DNA of 64,000 nucleotides, taken from assembly GCA_046290465.1 (NCBI GenBank), contig JBKAGP010000001.1, positions 2,752,001 to 2,816,000 on the forward strand, given 5' to 3'. The stretch is from Planctomycetota bacterium (GTDB taxonomy: Bacteria > Planctomycetota > UBA1135 > UBA2386). A program made the translations under genes and the position numbers. Of the stretch, positions 1 to 9,078 are shown one piece after another (position 1 is the stretch's first letter; each line of letters starts with the position of its first letter). The notes under the pieces were generated by a model. The model did not search any database. It saw only the letters and a program-made list of their open reading frames with translations, and was not told the origin of the DNA.

Positions 1-2
1 CC

Positions 3-1028
3 GGCGACCTCGCCACCGGCTACCGCGCGTGCCTGTGGCTGCGCTCGGCGACCCGCGTGCAGGAGGAGCTGGTGCGCGGCCGCGTGCGCGATCGCGACGA
101 CCTGTACGAGCTGACCGGGTCGGTCGACTGGTCGATCTTCATCACTCCGCGCAACACGCTGGCGGTCGACGGCGCGGTGCGCGACAGCTTCGCCAACGAC
201 ACGCGCTACCCGTCGCTGGTCGTCAAGGACGCGATCTGCGACCAGTTCGTGCACTTCGACGGCGAACGGCCGAGCGTCGACCGCGACCAGCCGGACCTGC
301 CGCTCAAGCTGGTGCTGCAGCACGACCAGGCGATCCTCTACCGCGAGTTCGGCGGCGCGCCGCTGCACAAGCGCGGCTACCGCGAGGTGCAGCACAAGTC
401 GCCGCTCAACGAGGCGCTCGCCGCTGGGCTGGTGCTGTTGAGCGACTGGGACGGCGAGGCGCCGCTGGTCGACCCGATGTGCGGCAGCGCGACGTTCCTG
501 ATCGAGGCGGCGTTCCTGGCGATGGACCGGGCGCCGGGCCTCGGCCGGGCGTTCGCGTTCGAGCGCTGGAAGGACACCGACCAGGACGCGTGGCAGAAGG
601 TCTACGACGAGGCCGAGGAGCGCGCCGCCCGCCGCCAGGACGCCTGCCCGCAGCTCGCCGGCAACGACCGCCACCCCGGTGCGATCGCGATCGCCCGGAA
701 GGCGCTGCAGCAGGCGAGGCTCGGCGACCGGATCCAGCTCGACCACACCGACGCGCGCGACTGGCAGCCGCCGTTCGAACCCGAGTGGATCTGCACCAAC
801 CCGCCCTACGGCGAACGGCTGCAGAACGACGACGACTCGCTGTTCGACAGCTGGCGCTCGCTGGGCAACTTCCTGCATCGCTGCGACGGAGCCACCGCGC
901 ACGTGCTGTGCGGCGATTCCGCGCTGACGCGCCACCTCGGGCTGCGCGCCGACCGCAAGTTCCCGGTGCGCAACGGCCCGATCGAATGCCGCTGGCTGCG
1001 CTACGAGATCGGCGACGCCGAGCGCTGA
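3..1028 (+). CDS. THUMP-domain class I SAM-dependent rRNA methyltransferase (RlmL-type), 5'-truncated by the window edge
   Basis: Frame is open from position 3 (GYRACLWLRSATRV); contains LHKRGYR, PLNEALAA, DPMCGSAT and TNPPYGERL motifs. Confidence 0.9.
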   Translation, partial: GDLATGYRACLWLRSATRVQEELVRGRVRDRDDLYELTGSVDWSIFITPRNTLAVDGAVRDSFANDTRYPSLVVKDAICDQFVHFDGERPSVDRDQPDLPLKLVLQHDQAILYREFGGAPLHKRGYREVQHKSPLNEALAAGLVLLSDWDGEAPLVDPMCGSATFLIEAAFLAMDRAPGLGRAFAFERWKDTDQDAWQKVYDEAEERAARRQDACPQLAGNDRHPGAIAIARKALQQARLGDRIQLDHTDARDWQPPFEPEWICTNPPYGERLQNDDDSLFDSWRSLGNFLHRCDGATAHVLCGDSALTRHLGLRADRKFPVRNGPIECRWLRYEIGDAER

Positions 1029-2284
1029 GCGCGGCCGAGCGACGCGGCGATCCCGATCCAGAACAGCGCGAACCCGACCGTCACGGCGACGATCGCGCCG
1101 ACGCCGAGGCCGAGCTGCCGCAACCACACCTGCGCCAGGGCGCCGACGAGGTCGCCGAGGCGGTAGGCGAACGTGTCGAGCAGGAACTTGACCTTGTGCT
1201 TGGTGGCCAGGTCGAGCGGCGTGTAGAGCACCTCCCGCGCCGGCTTCTCGACCGCGTAGTTGATGCCGCGCCGGACGACCTGGATCACGAAGATCGCCGC
1301 GGCGGTCGGCACCAGCCAGTAGCCACCGAGGCCGAAGATCGAGAACACCGGCAGCGCCGCCAGCAACACGACCGCGCTGGTGCGCGTCATCATGCGGCCG
1401 GTCCAGAACACCTGCAGGAACAGCACGACCGCGTTGCCGTAGAGGCCGACGTCGGCGAGGAACGTGCGCTGCTGCCAGGCCTGGTCGATCTCTTCGCCGA
1501 CCAGCTCGGTCTGGGCCGCCTCGAACGCGGTCGCGACGAAGCCGACCAGCATGATGTAGATCATGATCTGGAACGCGCGGCGATCGCTGGCCAGGATCCG
1601 CAGCCCCTGCAGGATGCCGCCGGACGCGTGCTGGCGATCGGTGTCGCCGCCGTCGAGTCGCAGGCACGGATCGTGCGACCGGTAGAACGCGAACAGACCG
1701 ACCTGCATCAACACCGCGGCGGCCACACCGAAGCCCCACAACGGCACGTCCCAGCCGAGCTGTGCGGGCAGCTTGACGCCGTAGGAGCCCGCCATCGCCC
1801 CCAGCGTGCCGCCGACCGCGACCAGGCCGAACAGCCGTTTGGCCTGGCCCTTGCCGTAGTGCTCGACCGCGTGGATCCAGATCAGCGCCGGCACCGCGAC
1901 GTTCATCGCCGAGAAGCCGCCCCAGAAGACCTTGCCGATCCACGGGTTCTCGCTCCACCGGTGCTCGCCGACGAACGTGAAGCCGACCGCCAGCAGCAGC
2001 AGCGCAGCGGTGGCCACGTGCATGCAGATCGGCACGAACCGGCGGCTCGCCATCCGGTTGGCCAGCGACCAGAACGGCACCACCACGACCACCGTCGCGA
2101 CCAGCGTCATGCTGTACAGCTCCGGCATCGCCTCGACGCCGCGCGCCACCCCGAGCTGGCCGCGGATCGGGCGCAGCATGAACATGCTGGCCAGCGACGC
2201 GAAGTACATCACCGCGATCCAGAAGGTCGCATGGCGCTCGGCGCGGGTGGCCGTGTGCAGTCCGAGCGGGCGCCAGAGGTTCAT
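1001..2284 (-). CDS. MFS-type NTP/NDP exchange transporter (TLC/Npt-like)
   Basis: About 12 hydrophobic segments; LRPIR, AKRLFG..GG.LG, KPAREVLY and K.K...DT..YRLGD motifs. 3' end overlaps the rlmL-like gene. Confidence 0.8.
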   Translation of the reverse strand: MNLWRPLGLHTATRAERHATFWIAVMYFASLASMFMLRPIRGQLGVARGVEAMPELYSMTLVATVVVVVPFWSLANRMASRRFVPICMHVATAALLLLAVGFTFVGEHRWSENPWIGKVFWGGFSAMNVAVPALIWIHAVEHYGKGQAKRLFGLVAVGGTLGAMAGSYGVKLPAQLGWDVPLWGFGVAAAVLMQVGLFAFYRSHDPCLRLDGGDTDRQHASGGILQGLRILASDRRAFQIMIYIMLVGFVATAFEAAQTELVGEEIDQAWQQRTFLADVGLYGNAVVLFLQVFWTGRMMTRTSAVVLLAALPVFSIFGLGGYWLVPTAAAIFVIQVVRRGINYAVEKPAREVLYTPLDLATKHKVKFLLDTFAYRLGDLVGALAQVWLRQLGLGVGAIVAVTVGFALFWIGIAASLGRAQRSASPIS

Positions 2285-2384
2285 GGCCGCTGATTACGGG
2301 GAGGGCTCCGGCAGCGCGAGGATTCGTCGCGACTTTCACAGGACGGTGGTCCGGCGCGGCGCGCGCCCTATCGTGCCAGCGCGC

Positions 2385-3281
2385 ATGCGCGAACCCGGAA
2401 CCTCCTACGTCCCCCACCTGCTGATGACGGCGCTGATCGCGACGTGGGCCGGCAGCTTCGTGGTCGCCAAGTTCGCGATGCAGTGGATGACGCCGTTCGC
2501 GGTGGTCGCCTCACGCTTTCTGCTCGGATGCCTGTGCATCCTGCCGTTCTTCCTGCGCTCGACGGAGCGGCAGCGCGAGGGAACGCTCGGCCCGGGCATC
2601 CTCGCGGGCCTGGTGCTGGCGATTCCGTACTTCCTGCAGATGTATGGCGTGCGTGAGACCACCGCGTCGATGGGCGGCTTCGTGACCGGCCTGATCGTGC
2701 TGCTGGTCGCGGTCGGTGGCGCCCTGTTCTTCGGCGCGCGCATCGGCAGGGCGACGATCGTCGGGCTGATGCTCGGCCTGACCGGCATCGTCACGCTGTG
2801 TTTGACCGGCGACGTCGACCCCGACGGCGTGCAGACCAACACGCTGCGCGGCATCCTGCTGCAGGTCGGCTCGGCGGTCGGCTTCGCCGCGCACATCCTG
2901 CTGCTGTCGCACTACGGCAGCAAGCTCGCGACGGCGCCGTTCGCGTTCTGGCAGCTGGCGTTCACCGGCGCGCTCGCGACGCTCGGCACGATCTTCGTCA
3001 GCGGGATCGCGGTCGAAGGCGAGCCGTTCGCGTGGTCGCTCGGTCTGCTGCTGGCGCTCGGCTACCTCGGCGTGCTCGCGACCGGCGTCGCGATCGGCGT
3101 ACAGGCGTGGGTGCAGCCCAAGATCAAGCCGACCCACGTGGCGCTGCTGTTCGCGCTGCAGCCGCTGTTCGGCGCGATCGCCGGCTGGCTGTTCCGCGAC
3201 GAACACCTCGGCCCCGCGCAGTGGCTCGGCGGTGGCCTGATCGTGACCGCCGTCGTGATCACCGCACGCGAACGTTCCTGA
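2385..3281 (+). CDS. DMT/EamA family transporter
   Basis: ATG at 2385; two EamA-like halves (WAGSFVVAK, RFLLG, ALLFALQPLFG). Confidence 0.88.
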   Translation: MREPGTSYVPHLLMTALIATWAGSFVVAKFAMQWMTPFAVVASRFLLGCLCILPFFLRSTERQREGTLGPGILAGLVLAIPYFLQMYGVRETTASMGGFVTGLIVLLVAVGGALFFGARIGRATIVGLMLGLTGIVTLCLTGDVDPDGVQTNTLRGILLQVGSAVGFAAHILLLSHYGSKLATAPFAFWQLAFTGALATLGTIFVSGIAVEGEPFAWSLGLLLALGYLGVLATGVAIGVQAWVQPKIKPTHVALLFALQPLFGAIAGWLFRDEHLGPAQWLGGGLIVTAVVITARERS

Positions 3282-3334
3282 GCGGCGGTGCGCCGGTCCG
3301 GACCAGCGAGCCGTGCCGCCAGCTGTTCTGGTTG

Positions 3335-3931
3335 CTAGCGGTCCTGGGCCGCGCCCGGCTTGGGGTAGGCGCCGAGCTGCAGCCGGTAGCTGCGGCCGCC
3401 CTCGACCCGCTGGTCGTGGTACTTGGTCACCAGCTCGGCGATCGCGTCGGTCAGCTCGTCCGCGAACGCCGCGCGCGCTGCAGGCGACGCGAACCGCACC
3501 TCGGTCTCGGCGGCGAACGTCGGCAGCTGCTTGCCGGCCTGCTCGGCAGAGCGCTGCAGCTCTTCGAGTTCGCGGATCGTGCGCGACGCGAGCGCCACCT
3601 GGAACGCGACCGAGAAGCGGTCCTGGAACCGTTCGGGCGTCACCGCGAGCGGGCCGAGCACCGCCGACGACAGCGCGTAGCGCTCGCCGGTGCGGCGGTA
3701 GATCCGTTCGGTGACGCTGCCGCGCTTCTTCTCCTCGACCAGCTCCACCAGCTGCTGTGCCTCGAGCTCGCGCAGGTGGTAGTTGACGCGCTGACGCGGC
3801 AGGTCCAGCGCGCGCGCCAGCCCGGCCGCCGACGACGGATGCTCGAGCCGTTCGAGCAGCTGCAGACGCGTGCGGTCGAGCAGCACCTGGGCGCGCTCCG
3901 GCTCGCGCACGATGTCGACGACGCGGCTCAC
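3335..3931 (-). CDS. ArsR-like helix-turn-helix transcriptional regulator
   Basis: GTG start overlaps the upstream stop (GTGA); HTH segment SAAGLARALDLPRQRVNYHLRELE. Confidence 0.85.
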   Translation of the reverse strand: MSRVVDIVREPERAQVLLDRTRLQLLERLEHPSSAAGLARALDLPRQRVNYHLRELEAQQLVELVEEKKRGSVTERIYRRTGERYALSSAVLGPLAVTPERFQDRFSVAFQVALASRTIRELEELQRSAEQAGKQLPTFAAETEVRFASPAARAAFADELTDAIAELVTKYHDQRVEGGRSYRLQLGAYPKPGAAQDR

Positions 3932-4755
3932 GACGCGTCGCTCCGCACCAGGCGCTCGCCGAACAGGCGCTCGACCAGCGCATCCCAGCGCTGCTGCAGG
4001 CCGGCGACCGGGCCGTGGCCGTAGGTCGCCAGCCACAGCCACAGCATCGTGCGGCCGTCGTGCGCCCCCACCCAGGCGCGCAGCCAGCCGTCACCGTGGT
4101 TGGCCGCGGTGCCGACGAACTCGGTGCCCTCGGCCTTCAGCACCGTGCCCTCGAACGCGTCGCCGTCGCCGGTCGTGAACGAGAACGCGTCGCCGCTGGC
4201 ATGCTGCATCACCGCGGCGCAGCCGAACGCGTCGGCCGCCGACAGCTGCCGCCAGACCTCGTCCTGCGGCGCGTCGACGAGGGCGCGGGTCCAGGTCAGG
4301 TGGCGTTCGCGGCCGAGGTGGCGTTCGAGGTAGAGCCGCAGCGACGCCAGTTCGATCGGCCAACCGCCGGAGATCGCGTCGAACTCCTGGTCGAACGACG
4401 CGTCGGCGCCGAACCCCGAGTGCACGATGCGCAGCGTCGTGGCACCGCCGTCACCCTCGAGGTGGAAGTCGATGAATAGCGGGTGCGCGGCGTCGCCCTC
4501 GCCACGCCACGCGTCGTAGCGGGTGCGCAGGTGACGGCCCGGCTCGAACACGTCGATGGTCTGCTGCCAGTCGAAGTGGTCGCGCCAGGTCCAGCCGACG
4601 ACGCCGCCGACCTGCGGGTCGACGCGCGCCTCGGGCGCGAACCAGCGCGCGATCTCGGCGCCGTCGGTGAGGGCCTTCCAGACCGCCTCACGCGGCACCT
4701 GGAGGTCGAGGGTCTGCTCGTAGCGGCGAGCGGAAGACGAAGGGCTCTGGGTCAT
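3928..4755 (-). CDS. SRPBCC/AHSA1 (START-like) domain protein
   Basis: PREAVWKALTD..IARWF and TTLRIVHSGF..GW...LASLRLYLE; second degenerate SRPBCC half. Confidence 0.85.
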   Translation of the reverse strand: MTQSPSSSARRYEQTLDLQVPREAVWKALTDGAEIARWFAPEARVDPQVGGVVGWTWRDHFDWQQTIDVFEPGRHLRTRYDAWRGEGDAAHPLFIDFHLEGDGGATTLRIVHSGFGADASFDQEFDAISGGWPIELASLRLYLERHLGRERHLTWTRALVDAPQDEVWRQLSAADAFGCAAVMQHASGDAFSFTTGDGDAFEGTVLKAEGTEFVGTAANHGDGWLRAWVGAHDGRTMLWLWLATYGHGPVAGLQQRWDALVERLFGERLVRSDAS

Positions 4756-4790
4756 TCCGACAGTTTTCCCTGTCGGAAAGGCCGCGTCAA
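4755..4790 (-). promoter_or_regulatory. Leaderless sigma70-like promoter with overlapping palindromic operator
   Basis: Minus strand TTGACG-17nt-AAAACT-6nt-ATG; inverted repeat TTCCGACAG-N6-CTGTCGGAA at 4755-4778. Confidence 0.65.
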
Positions 4791-4844
4791 CCCACGGACA
4801 AACATTCTTTTCGGAGGACCCGCAGACCACTGCGAGGCAGGAAC

Positions 4845-5834
4845 TTACATCAAGATGTTCTGCTGCGGCCCGATCGGCGCAGGCAGCACCTTGTCACCCA
4901 CCAGTTCGAGCATGTCGATCTCGATCGCCCGGCTCATCTGCGTGATCGGGATGTCGTTGGGGCTGCCCTCGAACGGGTTCTCGGACACCGACCCGATGCG
5001 ATCCATGGTGTGGAACACCCACGCGACCAGCACGGTCAGCGGCACCGTCATCCACGCCCAGGTGACGTCGAGCTTCTGCATCTCCGACGCGATCGCAAAC
5101 GGCAAGACGCAGATGAACAGCCAGACGAACAGCCGGTTCAGCGTCGCGAACTGCCGCGGATACGGGAAGTTCTTGATGCGCTCGCACTTGCCCTGCAGGT
5201 CGATGAAGTCGGTCACGTAGCGCGACAGGTCGACGTGGCGGTACTCACTGATCACGCCGCCCTCGGCCAGCTGGCGCAGCATCTTCGCGTGCAGCGACAG
5301 CAGCGCGACCGAACGGTTGCGCACGTCGCCGACCACCTCCCACTCGCCGCTGCTGACGCGCGCGCGGATCTCCGCGACGATGTCGAGGCCGTCCTCCGGG
5401 ATCTCGTAGGTCGCCTCGCGGAAGCGCCGGTTGGCCGCCACCGCCTGGCTCTCCCAGGTGCGCTTCTGCCGCAGCTGGAAGCGCAGCGCGGTCAGCCACG
5501 CGACGTGCCGCAGCACCGCCGCGCGCACCACGCCGTCGTCGCGATCGCCGACGTACTCCCGCAGGTGGATCGCAAACGACCGGCTGGCGTTGAGGATCGC
5601 GCCCCAGATCTTGCGCGCCTCCCACAGCCGTCCGTAGGCGGCGTTGGACTTGAAGCTGGTCACGAACGCGACCGCCGTGCCCAGCACCGCGACCGGTGCC
5701 CACGGCAGCGGCGGCAGCGGCACGCCGGCCATGCACAGCACCATCGGCAGGCACGCGATCATCGAGAAGACGAGGATGTCGCGCCCGGTCCAGGACACGA
5801 TCTCCTTCAGGGTGTAGTGGCGTCCGGCGTGCAT
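4845..5834 (-). CDS. Bestrophin family ion channel (YneE/UPF0187-like)
   Basis: FKSNAAYGRLWEARKIWG, CERIKNFPYP and ENPFEGSPNDIP motifs. Confidence 0.9.
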   Translation of the reverse strand: MHAGRHYTLKEIVSWTGRDILVFSMIACLPMVLCMAGVPLPPLPWAPVAVLGTAVAFVTSFKSNAAYGRLWEARKIWGAILNASRSFAIHLREYVGDRDDGVVRAAVLRHVAWLTALRFQLRQKRTWESQAVAANRRFREATYEIPEDGLDIVAEIRARVSSGEWEVVGDVRNRSVALLSLHAKMLRQLAEGGVISEYRHVDLSRYVTDFIDLQGKCERIKNFPYPRQFATLNRLFVWLFICVLPFAIASEMQKLDVTWAWMTVPLTVLVAWVFHTMDRIGSVSENPFEGSPNDIPITQMSRAIEIDMLELVGDKVLPAPIGPQQNILM

Positions 5835-5908
5835 GGGCGTTGGTTCGGGCGCGCCAAAGCTATCCGCGGGTGGACTTGGCCCCCACCGTTCGTGTCGTAT
5901 TCACGGTC

Positions 5909-6445
5909 ATGAACACGCTGCTCCTCCGCCTGCTGTCGTCCGCGCTGCTGGCGATCACGCTCGCCGGATGCGCCGGTGGACCCGGTCCCGCGAGCAACTT
6001 CGACTTCGGAGGCGTCACCACCTACGCGTGGAAGGAACCGGCGAGCTTCGGCCGCGGCGCGACCGACGGCGAGCAGGGCGAGCTGGCCGACTTCGAACGC
6101 CGCGTGCAGCGCACGCTCGAACGACGCGGCATCGAGCTCGTCGCCAAGGACCGCGCGCAGATCCTGCTCAGCGGCCAGATCCTGATCGACGAACGCACCC
6201 ACGAACTCGACCCGAACTACTCGGTCTACTCGGCCGAACGCTTCGAGGTCGCGATCCTGTCGCTCGAGGTCTACGACCGCAAGAACCGCAAGCTGGTCTG
6301 GACCGACGACGAGGAGTCGCGGCTGCGCACGACCGGCCGCCGCTTCGGACGCCGCCTGGTCGAGGAGTTCAGCGCCACCGACGAGGTGCGCAGGTGGCGC
6401 ATCTACGACATGGTCGACGCGCTGCTGGCGCGCCTGCCGGAGTAG
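5909..6445 (+). CDS. DUF4136-like lipoprotein
   Basis: Lipobox LAGC; FDF...TYAW and L.LEVYDRKNRKLVW patterns. Confidence 0.7.
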   Translation: MNTLLLRLLSSALLAITLAGCAGGPGPASNFDFGGVTTYAWKEPASFGRGATDGEQGELADFERRVQRTLERRGIELVAKDRAQILLSGQILIDERTHELDPNYSVYSAERFEVAILSLEVYDRKNRKLVWTDDEESRLRTTGRRFGRRLVEEFSATDEVRRWRIYDMVDALLARLPE

Positions 6446-6470
6446 GCCGCCACCACGCTCAGGCGTAGCG

Positions 6471-7307
6471 TCAGTAGCCGTAGGGATTGGGCTCCGGCGC
6501 AGCCAGCCACATCGCCAACCCCATCAGGGCCAGCGGTGCCGGTGCCGACACCAGCAGCCAGCGCCACGGCCGTTCGGCAGCGACGCCGCGCAGCAACCAC
6601 AGCGGCAGCGGCGCAGCGAGCGCGCAGATCGCCGGCCACCAGCCGAGGTAGCCGAGCTGCACGCCGGCGAGCATGAACAGCGCGTGCGCACCACCGAGCC
6701 AGACCCCGTCGGCAGCCTGCAGCGCGAAGCCGCGCCGCCACAGCGACGTGCCGATCGCGGCGCCGACGGCAGCGGCGACCGCGCCGCAAAGCTGGCCGAG
6801 CAGCGCGCTCTTGCCGAGCGTCACCAGGCCCGCGTCGAGCGACAGCAGCAGCGTCCACAGCGCGGCGACCGGCAGCGCCTTCGGCGCGCGCGCCAGCGTG
6901 CCGCGCGCCGCCAGCGTCGTCAGCGCGACGACCAGGCCACCGACGCCGACGTGCAGCGCGACCTCACCGCCGTCCCAGCGCTGGGCCAGCTTGTCGAGCA
7001 TCAGCCACAGCACCACAGCGGCAGCCGCGAAGCCGACACTCGGCGCGAGGCGCCTGGGCAGCAGCCGCAGGTGCTCGAGCAGCGCGACCAGACCCAGCGC
7101 GACCATGCCCCAGACCAGCCAGGAGGTGCCGTTGGGGTCGGCCCACAGCTCGTGCGGCAGCTCGATCCAGTCCTTGAGCAGGCCGAAGGCGACGTAGATC
7201 CCGATCCCCATCGCCAGCGGCAGCGCGCGGCCACCCCACAGCGAGACCAGCAGCAGCGCCGCCGCGATCGGCGGCAGCGCGCCCTTCAGGATCGCGACGG
7301 GATCCAC
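6471..7307 (-). CDS. Hypothetical multi-pass membrane protein
   Basis: Strongly hydrophobic ORF starting 1 nt after the yceI-like stop. Confidence 0.7.
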   Translation of the reverse strand: MDPVAILKGALPPIAAALLLVSLWGGRALPLAMGIGIYVAFGLLKDWIELPHELWADPNGTSWLVWGMVALGLVALLEHLRLLPRRLAPSVGFAAAAVVLWLMLDKLAQRWDGGEVALHVGVGGLVVALTTLAARGTLARAPKALPVAALWTLLLSLDAGLVTLGKSALLGQLCGAVAAAVGAAIGTSLWRRGFALQAADGVWLGGAHALFMLAGVQLGYLGWWPAICALAAPLPLWLLRGVAAERPWRWLLVSAPAPLALMGLAMWLAAPEPNPYGY

Positions 7308-7308
7308 G

Positions 7309-7902
7309 CTACTTGGCCTGCGTCAGCTCGAGGCTGACCATCAGCTTGACGTCGTCGCTCAGCACGTTCTGCGCGACGCCGTAGTTCATGCCGAACGCGC
7401 TGCGCTTGACCGCGAACTCGGCCAGGTAGCCGCGGCGCTTGCCGTGGAACTCGCCGTCGCCGGTCCACTTGACCGGGATCGTGATCGACTTGGTCTCACC
7501 CGCCATCGACAGGTCGCCGGTCACCTTCAGGTGCTTGCCGTCCGCCGCGATCTTGGTGCTCCGGAACGTGATCTCCGGGTTCTCCTTGGCGTTGAAGAAG
7601 TCCGGCGACTTCAGGTGGCCGTCGCGCTTGGCGTCGTTGGTGTCGATGCTCTCGACGTCGATCGTCAGCGACACGCTGCCGTCCTGCGGCGCCTTCGGGT
7701 CGAGCGTGACCTTGCCGGCGACGCGGTCGAACGTGCCGAGGAACCACGCGGCGCCTGCGTGCTGGCACTGGAAGACGCAGCCGCTGTGGCCGGAGTCGAC
7801 GACCCAGTCGTTGGCGCCCATCGTCTCGGGCAGGTCGACGGAGGTCGTCATCGGCAGCGAAACGGCGACGAGGAGGGCGGGAAGCAGGAGGAGGCTCTTC
7901 AT
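7309..7902 (-). CDS. YceI family protein
   Basis: Signal peptide; WVVDSGHS, SIDTNDAKRDGHLKSPDFF and V.GDLS..G.TK motifs. Confidence 0.92.
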   Translation of the reverse strand: MKSLLLLPALLVAVSLPMTTSVDLPETMGANDWVVDSGHSGCVFQCQHAGAAWFLGTFDRVAGKVTLDPKAPQDGSVSLTIDVESIDTNDAKRDGHLKSPDFFNAKENPEITFRSTKIAADGKHLKVTGDLSMAGETKSITIPVKWTGDGEFHGKRRGYLAEFAVKRSAFGMNYGVAQNVLSDDVKLMVSLELTQAK

Positions 7903-7962
7903 GGGGATTCTTGTGGAGGAGAACGCCGGGTATGGCCCCTGCGCCCGCAACGCACAACCCGA

Positions 7963-9078
7963 CTAATCGTCCCGACGCTGCAACACGACCAGGCCGTGTT
8001 CGTCGGTGAGTTCCTGCAGGTCGGCCGGCAGCGAGGCGCGCTCGAATCGAGACGCCAGCGACGCGCGCAGCGATGCGTCGCGGGCCTCGGCCTCGGTCAG
8101 CACGACGACCGCGACGTCGGCCGCCAGCGCGCGCGTGACCAGCGGCTCCGGCCGCGCGTCCGGATCCTGGCCGGCCGCCCATCGGACCCGCGGCAGCGTC
8201 GCGACGAGCTGCTGCGAGCCGGCGTCCAGCCGGCGCAGCATCAGGCGCGGCACGATCCGTTCGGTCACGGCTGCAGCCGGCTCGACCAGGAACCAGCCGG
8301 CATGGCACTCCACCGCGACGATGGCGCACAGCAGCAGGTCGCGCACGCGCACGTGCAGGCCGGCCATGCCGACGCCGACCAGGATCGCCAGCAGCGGCTG
8401 GTGGCTCGGCAGCAGCGTCGCCGACGTCCCGGTCACGGCGGCCACGACCACCAGCACGGACAGCACCAGCGCCGGCGTGCGCGCCGACCGCCACGCCGTC
8501 GGCAGCAGGAAGGCCAGGCCGAACGCGCCGGCACCGAGACCGATGCGGGTCGCGTCCAGCGCCGACGGCGCGTGCGTCGCGACCTGGTCGAGGCCGCTGC
8601 CCGCGGCCAGCACCGCGAGCCCGGCCGCGAGCACCAGGCGCCGCGCGGCGAACGCCCACCAGGCCGAGGCGACCAGCAACGTCGTCGTGGCCGCCGACCC
8701 GCCGGCGCCGGCGGCGACGACCGCGCCGGCGGCGACCATCGCGACCGCGGCGGCCGGCACGCCGGCACCGGCTCGCAGCCGTTCGGCGGCGAACGCGGTC
8801 GGCAGCACCGCGAGGCCACCGAGCAGGCAGGCGACCACCTGCGCGGTCGCAAACGGAGTCGCGCCGAACGCGAGCGCCGGCGCCATCAGCAGACCGTGCA
8901 GCGGCTGCCACCAGCGCGCCGCGAGCGCGCCGAGGTCGCCGTCGGCGAGGCGCTCGGCCAGCCACAGGTCGCGGCTGGCGTCGACGCCGACCAGCGGTGT
9001 GCGCACGGCGACCAGCCAGCGCCAGCAGACGGCGGCGCAGGTCAGCCACAGCAGCGCGCGACGGTCCTTGTCGCTCAC
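7963..9078 (-). CDS. Membrane protein, possibly GT-C (ArnT/PMT-like) fold
   Basis: GTG overlaps the upstream stop; TM followed by D...D.WLA..LA.G...W.PL, then many TMs. Confidence 0.55.
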   Translation of the reverse strand: MSDKDRRALLWLTCAAVCWRWLVAVRTPLVGVDASRDLWLAERLADGDLGALAARWWQPLHGLLMAPALAFGATPFATAQVVACLLGGLAVLPTAFAAERLRAGAGVPAAAVAMVAAGAVVAAGAGGSAATTTLLVASAWWAFAARRLVLAAGLAVLAAGSGLDQVATHAPSALDATRIGLGAGAFGLAFLLPTAWRSARTPALVLSVLVVVAAVTGTSATLLPSHQPLLAILVGVGMAGLHVRVRDLLLCAIVAVECHAGWFLVEPAAAVTERIVPRLMLRRLDAGSQQLVATLPRVRWAAGQDPDARPEPLVTRALAADVAVVVLTEAEARDASLRASLASRFERASLPADLQELTDEHGLVVLQRRDD

